This document shows positions 22,186 through 34,000 of a stretch of 64,000 bases of DNA, one piece after another (the stretch's first letter is position 1; the number at the start of each line of letters is the position of its first letter). Made by a program: the position numbers and the translations under genes. This DNA comes from Blastocladiella emersonii ATCC 22665 (lineage: Eukaryota; Fungi; Blastocladiomycota): NCBI GenBank assembly GCA_025594325.1, contig JANHCV010000013.1:620001-684000 (forward strand). The letters are read 5' to 3'. The notes under the pieces were generated by a model, which worked only from the letters and a program-made list of their open reading frames with translations, had not been told where the DNA came from and ran no database searches.

Positions 22186-23292
22186 TCACGACGCGGGCGA
22201 CATGCGTCCGCGCCAGAACTTCTTGACGGGCTTGCCGTCGACGAGCTGCTCGCGGACGAGGATCGGCACGTCGCACGTGCGCACGCGGCCGTACCAGTGT
22301 CCCTCGCGCTCGCGGTAGACGATGAGTGTACCCGCAAACTTGTGCCCGCCGATATGCGTGGTGCCGTAGATGCCAACGCTGTGCGGGGTGAGCGTCGCCG
22401 ACGACTCGTACGCGTCCACCTCCTCCTGGAACGCGCGGATCAGGAGCGGCGCCGCCTCGCCACACCGCGAGTCGCGCTTCTTGTGCGCGCACACGAGCAC
22501 GCACTGCTCAATGTCGAGGGGGGCGACCGCCGGCGCGCCCGCGGTGCACGTCGCGTCGGGGAAGGCGTCGGGGCGGACCTCGCCGTGCGCGAAGTACGAC
22601 GTGATGACGGCCTCGGCGTTGGCTGCTGTGACGTGCGTCAGGACCACGCGGTCCGGGAACACCATGACGTCCGCGCACTCGATCTCGTTCCCCGCGTCGT
22701 CCCAGTAGTGACCCGGCGAGCCTGCCGACGACGCGCGGTCGCACACGGTCGCGAGGACGCGGTTGACGCCCGGCCGCACGACCGTCGACGTCTGCATGGC
22801 GTCGGCAGCTTTCCCGACGGCGCGCGCGAGCGCCGACTCGGTCTCGACGCGCGCGGCCCACGAGTGCGCCGTGTTGCCCGAACACACGACGAGGTGGTGC
22901 GAGTACGGCTTGACGCTGCCGAGCATCGACGACGTGCTGACCTTGGCCTGCAGGCGCGCCGACATTTGCGGGTGCTCGGCGCACGGGTCGGCGCAGCTCG
23001 CGCACGGGTCGTCGTCGGCGAAGTCGACGTCTTCGGGGTACTCTTCGACGGTCGCGGTGGCGGCGGACGCCGAGCTCGTGGCGGCAGCGGCAACCGAGGC
23101 AGCGCCGCGCGACAGCGTGCTGGCGGCGGCCGACGTGGTCGAGATGATGGAGCGCAGCGAGAGGCTCGACATGCTGCGGCGCAGCGAGCCCATGATCCCG
23201 GGCGTTGACGTCGCTGACGGGGCGGTCGGTGGCGCCGTCGACGCCGAGGAGAGTGCCGGAGCGTCGGTCGGAGTGGAATGCATGCGGTCCAT
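22186..23292 (-). CDS. APD1: Sucrase/ferredoxin-like (thioredoxin-like 2Fe-2S) protein, Apd1 type, ~368 aa
   Basis: CASCADPCAEH...GSVKPYSHHLVVC, VLVCAHKKRDSRCG, THIGGHKFAGTLIVY, GHWYGRV...FWRG. The likely start is MDRMH at 23292; the ORF track extends it upstream from a GTG. Confidence 0.88.
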   Translation of the reverse strand: MDRMHSTPTDAPALSSASTAPPTAPSATSTPGIMGSLRRSMSSLSLRSIISTTSAAASTLSRGAASVAAAATSSASAATATVEEYPEDVDFADDDPCASCADPCAEHPQMSARLQAKVSTSSMLGSVKPYSHHLVVCSGNTAHSWAARVETESALARAVGKAADAMQTSTVVRPGVNRVLATVCDRASSAGSPGHYWDDAGNEIECADVMVFPDRVVLTHVTAANAEAVITSYFAHGEVRPDAFPDATCTAGAPAVAPLDIEQCVLVCAHKKRDSRCGEAAPLLIRAFQEEVDAYESSATLTPHSVGIYGTTHIGGHKFAGTLIVYREREGHWYGRVRTCDVPILVREQLVDGKPVKKFWRGRMSPAS

Positions 23293-23837
23293 GGCGGTGT
23301 AGAGGGTGCGTTGCGGGCAGTTGTATCTCCGTATCGTTGAGTGCGGGAGCGAGAGGGGAGCGGGCGGCCCGCGGCGGGCGAGTGCGGTCCACGTCGGCCG
23401 AGCAGCACTCGCCCCCAAGGCGGAAGAGAGTGCGGCAACTGCAACGGCTCGCATGGGCAGGTCGACGGGAATAGATAGCGGGGGAGGCCGGGTATGCGGG
23501 AGGAGTGAAGAAGCTGCGGCACACGGCGGGCACACCCTCCTCTTGTAGCACTCGTTGTTCGCGGGCCGCCACCGAGGACGGATACGCGGGATCTGCAGGG
23601 GCGTGTCCCTCGTGTTCCGATCGACTCCCTCGTGCACGCCGGATTGGAACGAGGCGACCGCGGCGAGGGACGCGGGGCTGGTCGCTCGGCGCAGCGCGGT
23701 CACTGATGGTCGGTGATAAGAGTCGCAGTTGTGCTGGACGAGGGGTCGGAGTGCGAGGCTTCAAGGAGAGGTGCGAAGAGGCACGGCGGCGGGGGCGGTG
23801 AGGTCGGAGCAGTGTCTCGCGGTGCGGTGGAGACGAA

Positions 23838-23858
23838 AACGTGATATCGCGACACGTC
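23838..23858 (-). promoter_or_regulatory. Variant composite motif (ACGTGTCG-cgata-TCACGTT) about 550 nt upstream of APD1
   Basis: Minus strand ggACGTGTCGcgataTCACGTTtt, nearly identical to the motif at 25964-25984. Confidence 0.45.
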
Positions 23859-24957
23859 CATGGGCCCACGCGGATCGCCCTCGCCTCAGCCTGCACCGCC
23901 TCTCCTTTCACAGCGCAGATGACCTTTAGAGCACAAACGCAGCGGTTTGATTTCGTAATCAAGCTCGTGGGGACTTGGACTTGCATCCGAGGGCGACCAC
24001 GTCCGCCCGTCAAGTTCCTCGCGGTGCTGATGCGCGAGGCCGAACAATGTTCTATAACGCTTCCATTCCCATACATCACGCGGCTAGTAAGGCAAGTACC
24101 GCGTACTTGAAGAATGGCGCCTACGCCTGGTCCGCTGCCCGCTGCCGTCCAGCGGTGACGGGAGCGGCTCGACGGGCAGGCTCGTAGCAGGCGTGGAGCT
24201 CCGGTGCAGCGAAACGCGTATCCCCGCCGCGCGTGCTAACACGACGAGTCGATGGGTGTCAACCTCGTCGAATTCAAGCAACTGCGTGCGGGTAGACGGT
24301 GTTGGACCATCAAAAGGTGAAGGCGGGGACTGGGTGGCGTGCCGAGGCTCCAAAGTCGATGGTCCGGCTGTCGCGTCGCGCTCGCGCGCGGCCGCTACGA
24401 CGGCAAGCCAGCTCAACGACTCGGGCGCTGGCGCACTCGTGGTCGCGACTGAGCCCATGGCCGGCGGGGATGGGTTGCCAAGATCGACCTCGCTCACTTG
24501 GTCGATGCATGCGAACGGAGCTACTCCCACTGCAGCACCATCAACGTCAACCGAATCGAGAGGCAGGGGAAGCGAGTTGTGTGTCGTGTTCAAATGTAAG
24601 CGAAGCGCGTGGTGCTCGGGGGTATGATTGAGAGGAAGGTCCAAAGTTTGATCGGGCTTGTCATGCAGCACCAACAGAGGCGAAAGGCGAAGAGGCGAAG
24701 GCGGAAGCGGAAGCGTGAGAGAAGGCACAAGTGGGACTTCGCTGGTCGAAGCAGGCACCGCAGCGATCCCGTTTCCGAGGCAAGCCGGTGGCGCCGCGCA
24801 GGAAGATGAAGCTGCGCGAGTCGATGGCGTTGCGCGAGATGATGGCCCTGTGCGAGTCAATTGCGCTACAGCAGGAGCAGCATCAGGTGGCGGTGGATCG
24901 ACGCCAAAGGCCGCTACACAGAAGTGTGGGCCGAGCGCGGATCAGGTCAGTATGCCG

Positions 24958-25851
24958 TCACGACGCTAGACGAGCCCAAGCAGTCAAGTCTTGACTTGCA
25001 TTCCATAAAGCCGTACCAATAGTGAGCGGGTAAGGAAGCCCCTCGGGCACCGCGTCCTTGCCAAGCGACGCGAGCACCTCGTTGAGTTGGTCGAAGCCGA
25101 TCTCGTTGACAAAAAGCGCAAGTCGCTCGGCGCTCGTGAGCGACGCGATCCCGTCGTCGTCGTCGTCGCCTCGCTCGGGATCGGGGTACAGGGCCGCAAC
25201 AGTTGTCATAAGTTCGACGTCGCGCGGCGCACCATTGCCAGCTCCGTTCGAGTCGCCGCCACCTCGCGCGAGTTCGACAAGGAACGAAAGCGTGCAGGTG
25301 GTCAAGTTGCGGCGCAGATGGGCAAGAAAGTGGTCGCGGCGGTTGGTCCGGCCCGTGCACCCGCTAACGCAGCCAAACAGAAGCGTTTCGCTCGCGTGTG
25401 CCGTGTGGAAGTGGCGCGCGAGGTCGTTGGAGCGTTTGCTAGACACGTGGGCGGTTCGGACAGAGTGAGTCGTGACGACGCGAGGGAGGATGGCGAGGGA
25501 TACGCACAACTCCATGTTGCAAGCGGGACATGTCGTGGGATGCAAGGTTCCCGTTGCCGACTCGAGGACCAAGCTGCCGTTGACGTTGATGTAAAAGTCG
25601 TATTCGGGGTACGTCGTCTTGAGCCGTGCGAGCGTCGCGTGGGCTGCAAGGTTCGTCAGCCAGATGCTCAAAGTCATTGATGTCCGCCGGTGATCACACA
25701 ATCAGGCAAGAAGCGGTGGATACGGACCTCGTGGCGGAAGCAGCGTCGGGCTGATGGGCACATTGGCCGCCGTGCGCACACGACGCGCATACTGCCGCGG
25801 TTGGCGCGACATTGAAGATGGTTGTGATTGCATGGAGTTGGAGCTCTTCAT
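24958..25851 (-). CDS. Two-finger C2H2/C2HC zinc-finger protein, predicted 246 aa (exons 25851-25728, 25643-25508, 25438-24958)
   Basis: Removing the in-frame 69-nt gtgcgt...ctag intron yields a canonical finger, TCPACNMEFKRSNDLARHFHTAH, followed by GCVSGCTGRTNRRDHFLAHLRRNLTTC. An 84-nt gtccgt...ttgcag intron with branch site gctgac joins exon 1 in phase. Confidence 0.8.
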
Positions 25852-25963
25852 GGAGAGAGATACATGCAGTTGATGCGGGAAACGAGGAGCGAGAGCGGAG
25901 GCCTAGCGGTGACCGGTGCGGTGCACGGTGCGGTGGCTTCCGCTCCACCGAGCCGCACCGCAC

Positions 25964-25984
25964 AACGTGATATCGCGACGCGTC
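25964..25984 (-). promoter_or_regulatory. Variant composite motif upstream of the zinc-finger gene
   Basis: gACGCGTCGcgataTCACGTTg, about 113 nt before the ATG. It shares ACGCGTCGCGATATCA with the FBL2 motif. Confidence 0.6.
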
Positions 25985-27236
25985 GCTCGCTGATGCTCTC
26001 ACCAAGCCTCTCGCGCGCGATACTCAGGTACTACAGCAAGTTGCTTCTATACGACGCGTCCCACGCGCCGGACTCGGCCGCCGACCAATCCTCTGCGCAC
26101 AGTCGATCCGACTCGCGGCCCCGCCCACTCGCCATGGCGCTGACCAGACCCCACGCAAACGAACGCGACGATCGCAGCGATGACACAGTGTACCCAGTCC
26201 CGGCGCCAGATCCAGCAGAGCGAGCGGAAGGAACGCGATCCTCCCTCGACACGATGAACGCGATCAGCGGGCGGCATCTGCTGAAGCTGGCGAGCGGGTC
26301 GGGCCCAGCTTGAGCCGACCGCAGGGGCCGCATAGAATGTGAGGGAGAAGAGCGGCCGACGGGTGGGCGAGATCGCGAATCGGGCGACCTGCGAACGAGG
26401 GTCGAGGTGCAAGAGTGACGAGTCGGCGGCGGTCTGGACTGATTGCGCAACCCTGCCCGGCTTCAGGCTGAGCTGCGAAGTGAGATCACTTGAGCAGTGC
26501 AACTGATGGCGATCCTAGAAACATGATGCGCGTAGGTCAGTCAGCACGCCGTCAGCGGAGCAAACAGCCGCAGGTCGCACCAGTTCGCACGCTGCTCGTA
26601 ACGTTTTCACAAGGTTGCGCAACCACGTTGAACAACCATCGTTGCTGACGTCATCGACTGGAGGACAGCACCTCGTCCATCCTTGAGTGCGGCGGAGTTG
26701 TTCTTTGGCCGGCGACGCCCAGGTGTTACATCAAGTAACATGTAGAGGCCTAGCGTAGCCAGATGACGCCGCACTCGGCCGACGGCAGCTCAAGTCCGCG
26801 GCAGGTTTGAAGAGTGGGGTCGGCCGGATATAAACTCGCGTCTAGAGTGATTGCATGGAGTGCCGCCGAAGCGGGTGCGTCGAGCGTAAAGAGCAGGAGA
26901 TAGGAAGGGCTCGGCTCGCGGAGAAGCGAAAGGCGAAAGGCGAAACGTGACGCGACGCGACTTTGAATCACGCGCCGGTCATCTTTCCCTCTTCCCGCAA
27001 ACCTCGATTCATGGACGGCTCGAATCACTTGATGCAAATCCAACTATGTGTCATGTAATCGCCAGCGTTGGCGTTTGAGAGACGCTCGGCTCGCTGGTTG
27101 CATCTGTGCGAACGCACCTTGTCTGCTCAACTCGGCCGACATCTTTGCTTCAGAATCGGGCTCAGGTTCTGTCAGCGCAACACTTCTACCCTACTCTATT
27201 CATCAGCTGAGAGCCGCCGTGCGACCGAGCCCGCCA

Positions 27237-28992
27237 TCACCCGCTGCTCTCATCCTCCAAGAGCTCAGGCTTGACCGCAAGCTTTGCGTTGAGCAGCTCA
27301 AACACGTCGCGGCCGAGCGCCATCCTGCTCAGTCCGAGCCGCGCGAGCCCGTCGGGTAGGTGAGCCGCGAGCACACGTGCGCCCGCGTTCGTGAACAGGT
27401 TCCACCCGAGATCCACGTCCTTGAGCGTTTGCGGGAGCACCGGCGCGAGCACACGCACAGCGTCATCGTCAAGGTCCGCCCCTGATACGTCGAGAAGCAC
27501 GAGTACAGGCGGAATGTGGTCCGCGAGCAGCTGCGCGCCCGCTGCGCCAATGCATGCGCGGCGGAGGTTGAGTTCGCGCAGCGACAGAGACAAGGGAGGG
27601 GCGAGGAGCGCCATGGCTTAGGGCGAGGTTTCACCGGGGTGAAAGCGGTTGGTGCGCGAGCGGAAAACGTTTTCCTAGGGTTGGTGCGGAGCGTCGCGCA
27701 GCTCGACGTTGGTCAGGTGCAGGAACACGAGGTTGGGTGGGATTGACGCAGCGAGCAGGGCGGCGAGCTTAGGCCGTGGGATCGCGCGGTGCTTGGAAGC
27801 GCGTTCTCTCTTCGAGCAGGGCCCGCTGCAGAGCCCCATCTTGAGCACTTCGAGGCCAGCAGGGAGCGTCCAGCCGAGCAACGACGTGTCAAACTCGTCC
27901 TCGTCGTCGCCTGGGACGGCGGCGCGAAAGATATCCGTGTTGCACAGGTTGAGCGAGCGCAGCGTCGGCGGAAGGTGGTGGTACGCGGCGCTGAGCTGCG
28001 TCGCCGTGAGCGAGTTGGCCTGAAGATCGAGCGAGACGAGGGCGGGCGGGAGGTGCGGGAGGAGGATTGCGAACGCGTCGTCCTCGAGCTGGCAACCACG
28101 CAGCCTCATGTCCGTGATCCCGCGAGTGAGCAGCGAGAAGCAGCCGTACTCGCTCGGCTCCAGCGTAACATGCTCGAGCGAGAGCGATCGTAGAGTCGCG
28201 GGGAACGAGCGGAACAAAAGCTTCGAGTGGCCGCCCGGCGTAATCCACGCGAGTGAGAGTGACTCGAGCAGCGGCGGCCACGACCACTACTCAAACTGCT
28301 TGGGATCAACGCGCCGCGAGGTCCAGCCCTGTGTCCACTTGAGGTGGGTGAGAGAGTCCGGGAAGCGGAACTCGAGGAGCCGTGGGATGTCGAGCGTGCA
28401 CTGCTTCAGCTTGAACGAGCGCAGCGCCTGGTCGGGGCTCGCCATGGCCGCGTTGAGCTGTGCGATGGCCGCGAGCGAGCAGTGCTGGTTGGCTATCGCG
28501 ACCTCGGTCGTTTGGCCGGAAGCAATCAAAGTCACCGCTTGCTCGATTGAGACGCAGTTTGCGCTGACGGGCAGCTGGGGCTACGTGTTGGCGGTCGTCA
28601 GCATCAAGGAGAGAGCCGCAATCCATCATTGAGCGACGAACCTTGTCAGGAAAGAAAAGACATGGAGACTGAAGGGTGTAGTGCTCGCGCAACGACCGGC
28701 ACGAGTTGTAGTCTGGAAGCTGAATGGGGAGGCCCGATGCGGCCCACCACTCCAAGGCCTCGAGTGACGACATGTTGGCGTCGCGCAGGACGGCGGACGA
28801 GTACACGAGCGGCAGGTCAGAGCTGCGCCACTTGTCGAGCACTCCGACAGCGCCTCGCGCGCTCGCCGCGTCCATGGAGAGCGCGGGCGCGTGATGCAGG
28901 ATGGTTTTGGCGACGGCGGGGATCCTGTTTGTCGGCAGCACCCGCGCGTACTGCATGAGCCCCGCGACATCCGCCGGGTCGCTCAGATACAC
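27237..28992 (-). pseudogene. Ankyrin-like repeat plus RNI-like leucine-rich-repeat protein, disrupted and 5'-truncated
   Basis: SMDAASARGAVGVLDKWRSSDLPLVYS...LEALEWWAASGLPI (ankyrin-like), then LRRs (LRSLSL, LVSLDLQANSL, LRSLNLCNT, LRELNLRRACIGAAGA, LKDVDLGWNLFTNAGA). These lie largely in one frame, interrupted by TAG/TAA and a frameshift near 28600. Confidence 0.7.
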
Positions 28993-29769
28993 GGCCCGGA
29001 CGAGAACGCACCGTCAAACTCACACGGCGTCTTGGTGGCGTGCTAGTTGCGCAAGGCCCGCACAACTTACCCCGTGGAAGCCCTTAACGTCTTGTCGTAC
29101 GCCCTTGTTGCGACGTCCTTCAAGCACACGTTTTCGCCGTAGCTTGACGCCGTTCAAATCACCTTGGTCCTCTTCGCCAACGTCTTGTTCAACGACTCCC
29201 ACAAGGACGACGGCCTGAAAGTTGTTCGCTTGCGGGGTGCTGCACCTCACTTGCTCAGCATCATGATCGCCGGGCTTCTTTCCAGCCATCGCTTTGAAGC
29301 AGCAAACCATATCTCTTGCCACCACCTGTGCCTCGATTGCCCTTCGCCGTACCAGCAGGGCTGGCGCGACGCGCTCTGCAGCTTTCTTGCGTTTGAGCCG
29401 TTAAGCTCCGATCTCTCACCCGTACCGCGCGTGATCCCATCGTACTTGGTCCATGTCAAGGACGAGTTGGTCGACTCGATTGCCTTTGAGGCGGCCAACG
29501 AATGCTGCGCGCCCAAGACTGCTACCGCGACGTCGCAGTCCTCGATCGCCTTCCTCATCACGACGCTTGCCGCTCATGACCCGCGGCTCGTTGCTGAGCT
29601 TCTTACTAATCTGTCTCCCGTCCCGGTCGCCTTCACAAAGTGTCTTTCAGACGGCGCGCTCGACTCAATTCTCACATCTGAAGACGTGCTGGCACTCTCG
29701 GCAGCGAATGGCATAACGACTGAGCAGAGATCGGAGCTCGCACGATTTGCACCGTCGCACGCGCAGTAG
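28990..29769 (+). pseudogene. FBL7: C-terminal-module-only remnant of the F-box-like family
   Basis: HGVLVAC*LRK, VEALNVLS, APHLLSIM, LCLDCPSPYQQGWRDAL, NECCAPK, LAAHDPR, DGAL. In-frame TAG at 29044 and 29140. No N-module or promoter motif. Confidence 0.7.
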
Positions 29770-31078
29770 GCTGCACGACGTCACTGTGTCGCTCGATATT
29801 TGATAATTTTTGCATGTTCGTTTGATTACTGAGTCTCTCTTTTGTGGGGCTCAGAGTCGCTCTTTGCGGTATCTCGGCAAGATAGCGCGGGAAGCGCGGC
29901 CGTTAGTCGTCGTCGTGACGCTCGACCTCGCGACGGCGACGGGCGCCGTGGTGAGCGCACCGCTTGGCCGACCGCTGCAGTTCCTGTTCCGCGAGCTCGA
30001 CACGGCCATGATGAGGTAGCTGATCGTCATGAAGCGTTTCGCTCGGATTCACGCCCATCGCTGACCCATTCGCGCGCGGCACCACGACCGCCGCGCCGAT
30101 CTGTCGCCTCTCCACGCGTCGGTCCCGTCGTTAACATGGTTCATGATCAGCTCGAGAGATCGCTTGTAGTTTCATGCGCGCCGTGCGCGGTGGCGGGCTT
30201 CCCGTGCTGCGTCCAACAACGTGGACCGCGATTGCTGTGATACCAGTGACGTGCGGCGACATGTACGAGCTGGACGACGACGGCCCGACCGCGATAAGGA
30301 CTCGTTATGTGCCGGATCTGGGCCGGAGGCGCGTCCACAGTGATTGGTATTACCAAGTGTGCCCTCGCCGTTCAAGTTCGCGAACGGGCGCATGTGTGCT
30401 TGATGTTGGGACTGATCTTGTGAAAGTCTGGTTTCATGAGCGCCTGGGTGCATTCATGACCGTGTTACGACGCGGGAGAAGAAGCGCGTCGCGGCCAAGC
30501 GGCCGAAAGTTTGAGCGCCGCGCCGCTCCCCTAGCGCTTTCTCTCGCCAGCTGCCCCTAATCCATGAAACGTTGCCACTTCCTTGAATCACTCTATGCAA
30601 CGCACTTGAGGAACCAGTAAACTGCCGAATTTACGTTACGCCGACCTTCCAGCTGAACTTGCCATCACCGTCCTGTTGTTCGTTGAGCCGGCCTGCGCCG
30701 TCCCCGTCGCCTTGCGCACTCAGTACTTGACCGCCAAAGCTGATCTGGTTTGCCCAGCATGAACTTTTCGCTGTTTTGCCCGCATTACGCTGGAATACCG
30801 GGAAAGCTTCCACGAGCGTGAGGATCAAGTGTCAAAGGTTAACGTGGGCCTTACCGAGGCTAAACAACGTGGATGGACGGAATTGATCTAAATATTGACG
30901 CATGTAATCGCTGTGAATACGCGCAGGGGATGTCGAAAGACAGGCCCCATAGCTCTCGCGTTGCGCCACTTGGTGATCGCGAGCGGGGTGGCAGGGCAAA
31001 CACGTGAGTGGCTTGACCGAGTGCGGGACGAAATTGTCTCGCGGTGCGTCTCCATGATCCCTCCCCTCGCTCGTTGCA

Positions 31079-34000
31079 ATGAAGCCAAAGAAGAAAACGA
31101 AAAAGCCTGCGACTAGCGGCAATGCATCCAAACCTGCTATTATGTCCAAGTCGCTGAACGCCGCGGTCCCGGCGCTTCTCACATGCCGCACGGACGAGCG
31201 CGGTGACCGAATCGAAGGATTCCGCCCGTTCCGTCACCGCCCGCCGCGTGACCTGTTCATGTACCATGATTCTCGCACCCGCGCCGACCTGCACGCTCTC
31301 CTGTGCGGGTGCGGCGACTTGGCTGAAGTTGCGCGTACCGTGTCCGAAGCGGCAGTCAAGGGCGGGACGGCGACGCTCTCGTTCACGCTCAACGACTGGC
31401 AGCCCGAAGTCCTCGCGCGGAACTTGCTGATCTTGCATGCCATTGCTCACGTTCCGTCGGTCGAGATCGACTCGTCAACCCTCACGCGCTGGGTCGGTCA
31501 GCTCTGGTACTCGCACTTTCTCGATCCCGACGCCCTCGAATTTTGGAAAGCCCAGCTGCGTGCTTGTCTCGATACGGATTGGCTCAACGTCATGGCTGAG
31601 TCGCCCATTCGCGTCTTGAACGACTCAACCCTGGTCGAGCTCCGCCGTTGCTGGCGCGCCTGGCTTGACTTGGGCTGGTCCGTCGAGGCTTTCCGAGTCA
31701 AGCGCGATAATTTCAACACCAAACATTTTGATATCAACGACTATGGGTCTCCCGACTGCACGTATTACGCGTGGGCATCGTCCTTGGCCATGGAGCGGCT
31801 GCACGCACAGTATCGTTACGTGGTCCAGGCCGTTGCGTCCGCGCGCCTCTCGTGTAACCTCGAGCGCCTTGGTGAGTACGGTGTTTGTACGCAGTCGGGG
31901 CATGACCGTTCTGGTCGCAAACTCGTTGTCAATCCGACGATGCTCCTCCTCGCCAGCGACGGTGCCGCCTACTTTGCCGCCTACAGCGATCCGCTCCCTG
32001 GTGCATGCTTCGACTTTCTCGTCGAGGAAGGCCTCCCCGAGCCGCACATGATTTCCCGCTTGGATGATTGGGTCCAGTCGCTTTCGAAGGCCATGCGCGG
32101 TGACGGCTTCCGAGTTCAAGTCAGTTTCATTCACGGCCACGCGGTTGCGGTCATGGAGGAGCTCATCGCCGATTCTACTATGCGCTTCGATATCGTGGAC
32201 ACGAATACGCTCATGACGACCTGCGGACTTCTCACCATCCTTGTTCACGGTTCACCGCTGCTTCGCAACAATGACGACTTTTCGGAGCGCGCCCGCCTGC
32301 TGACCTACTCCATGGAGGACGTGGAGGTGAAGACGGGATCACGGCTTGCGTACCTTCGTTTCTTGTCCGGCCTCAAGCCCGGAGCTTTCCCGGCTCTGTT
32401 TGGCGTAACTCTTGCGGAAAGGTTGTCAGACGACGACTCAGCAACGTGGTCTCAGCCCTTCTCGTGGGCATTTGACCCAGGAGTTGATCGCACCGTCCGC
32501 TACCTCACTTTCACCAAGCTTCCGCATCCCACAGTGCCGACTTCGCTGGACGCTTCGCCTTACCTGCGCAATGCGTTGACCGATTGCGCGGCCAATTTGT
32601 TGTCAACCGATGGCCCAGGCACGTTATCCGAGCGCTTATCAACTGTCTCCCAGACTGACAACTAACCACGACTGCGCGTGTATGTGCTCTAGTGACGAGA
32701 ACCGTTTTCATCAAACTTCTCGCGTTCGCTTTCGCGTCGAAACGCCTTGTCTGGGAGGGCAGCTTGGCAGATTCCGTCGGCCCTTACTGGCAATTGTTGC
32801 CCGCTGTTGAATTCTTAACTGGCGTTGTCTTGTCCGCTGGTAAGCCGACAAACAAGGCCGACACCTTGGATCCCCTTGAGCTCTCAGTTGGTTTGCCCTA
32901 CTATGGAATTGCAGGGATCAATGGGGTGAGCAACAATTACCTTGTCGAGTTGACCGTTCCCGCGGACAAACAGTTGGCTGTTGGATCGCCCTCCCTCTTG
33001 TTGGAAATTGCTCGCCCGAGGCGTGGTCCGGTTGGTTTCGCCGCCCTTCGCGTCAACTCGACAATCCAGGACGATTCTCCGTCCGTGCGCGTCATAGGAC
33101 TTGTTCCTCGCTTTCTGGTGGACGCCGCCCCGGCCGGTACCACGGTCGGCGTGCACTCTCAGGGCCTCGACGAGTCGAGCAAATTCATCAACGGCAAGTA
33201 TGTACCGCTCTTCGCTGCCCAAGTTACGCTTGTCAAAGTGGAGTCGAACACGCAGCTTTTGCGCGCGCTTGACCAGTCGCTTCACTCACCGGCTCCTTCT
33301 GGCCCGTCCGATCCTTGCAACTGGCCGCTTTCAGTCGAGCACGTAATTGACAATGCGACTGTGGTCGAGCTTGTGCTCAAGTTTAAACCTGGCGCGAAGA
33401 CCGTGTTTGAGCTCGTTCCAAAGTCTGATTCTTGGTCGGAGCGCGGCGCCGTGACCCTTTTCGTCGATGGACAGCGCCAAACGATGCGCGTTTCGTCTCC
33501 CGTGTCCGTTACCGACATGCATATCTCTCGCGAGCAGGGCCGCGTGACGCTTGTCCTCAAGCGCATCATGAACGTGGGCCGCAGCATGGGGCTTCCGCCT
33601 TCGCTTCCTCGCATTGGCCGCTGCATGCCGGTTGCTCCTCATGGCGAACTCTTTCAGCGCTTGATGCGAACGGCGATGTTTTTGACGCAGGACATTATCG
33701 AAACGAGTGGCTCGATTCGACCAGCGGAACGCTCATCGAACAACAGCCTCATTGATCGTCTGCTCGAGCAGCATGCTGAGAACATGACCGCCAAAGTGCT
33801 CTCAACGATGATTGCTGATCTCACAGTCCAATTGTTCGCCGCTTCTGACACTAAACGGCATCTTGTTGCGATGCGGAATCCCGAGGGCGAGGTTGTTGCG
33901 ATGATCTTTCTCAACCGCTCCGTGCTTATCCCCTCCGCTGGGCCCGGCTTTATCCCGACTCCCGCTCTCGAGTGTACTGTCGCGCTAGCGGGAGAAAGGG

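Noticed and set aside
24084-24860. 258-aa minus-strand ORF and the 26500-27043 region with a leader-like motif
   Set aside because: No recognisable domain or homology to other genes in the window, and the leader ATG near 26860 hits a stop after four codons. Possibly eroded genes, but unsupported.
30147-30356. VVVQLVHVAARHWY resembling a Ulp1/C48 protease His motif
   Set aside because: Short ORF with no accompanying Asp or Gln-Cys motifs; cannot be supported.
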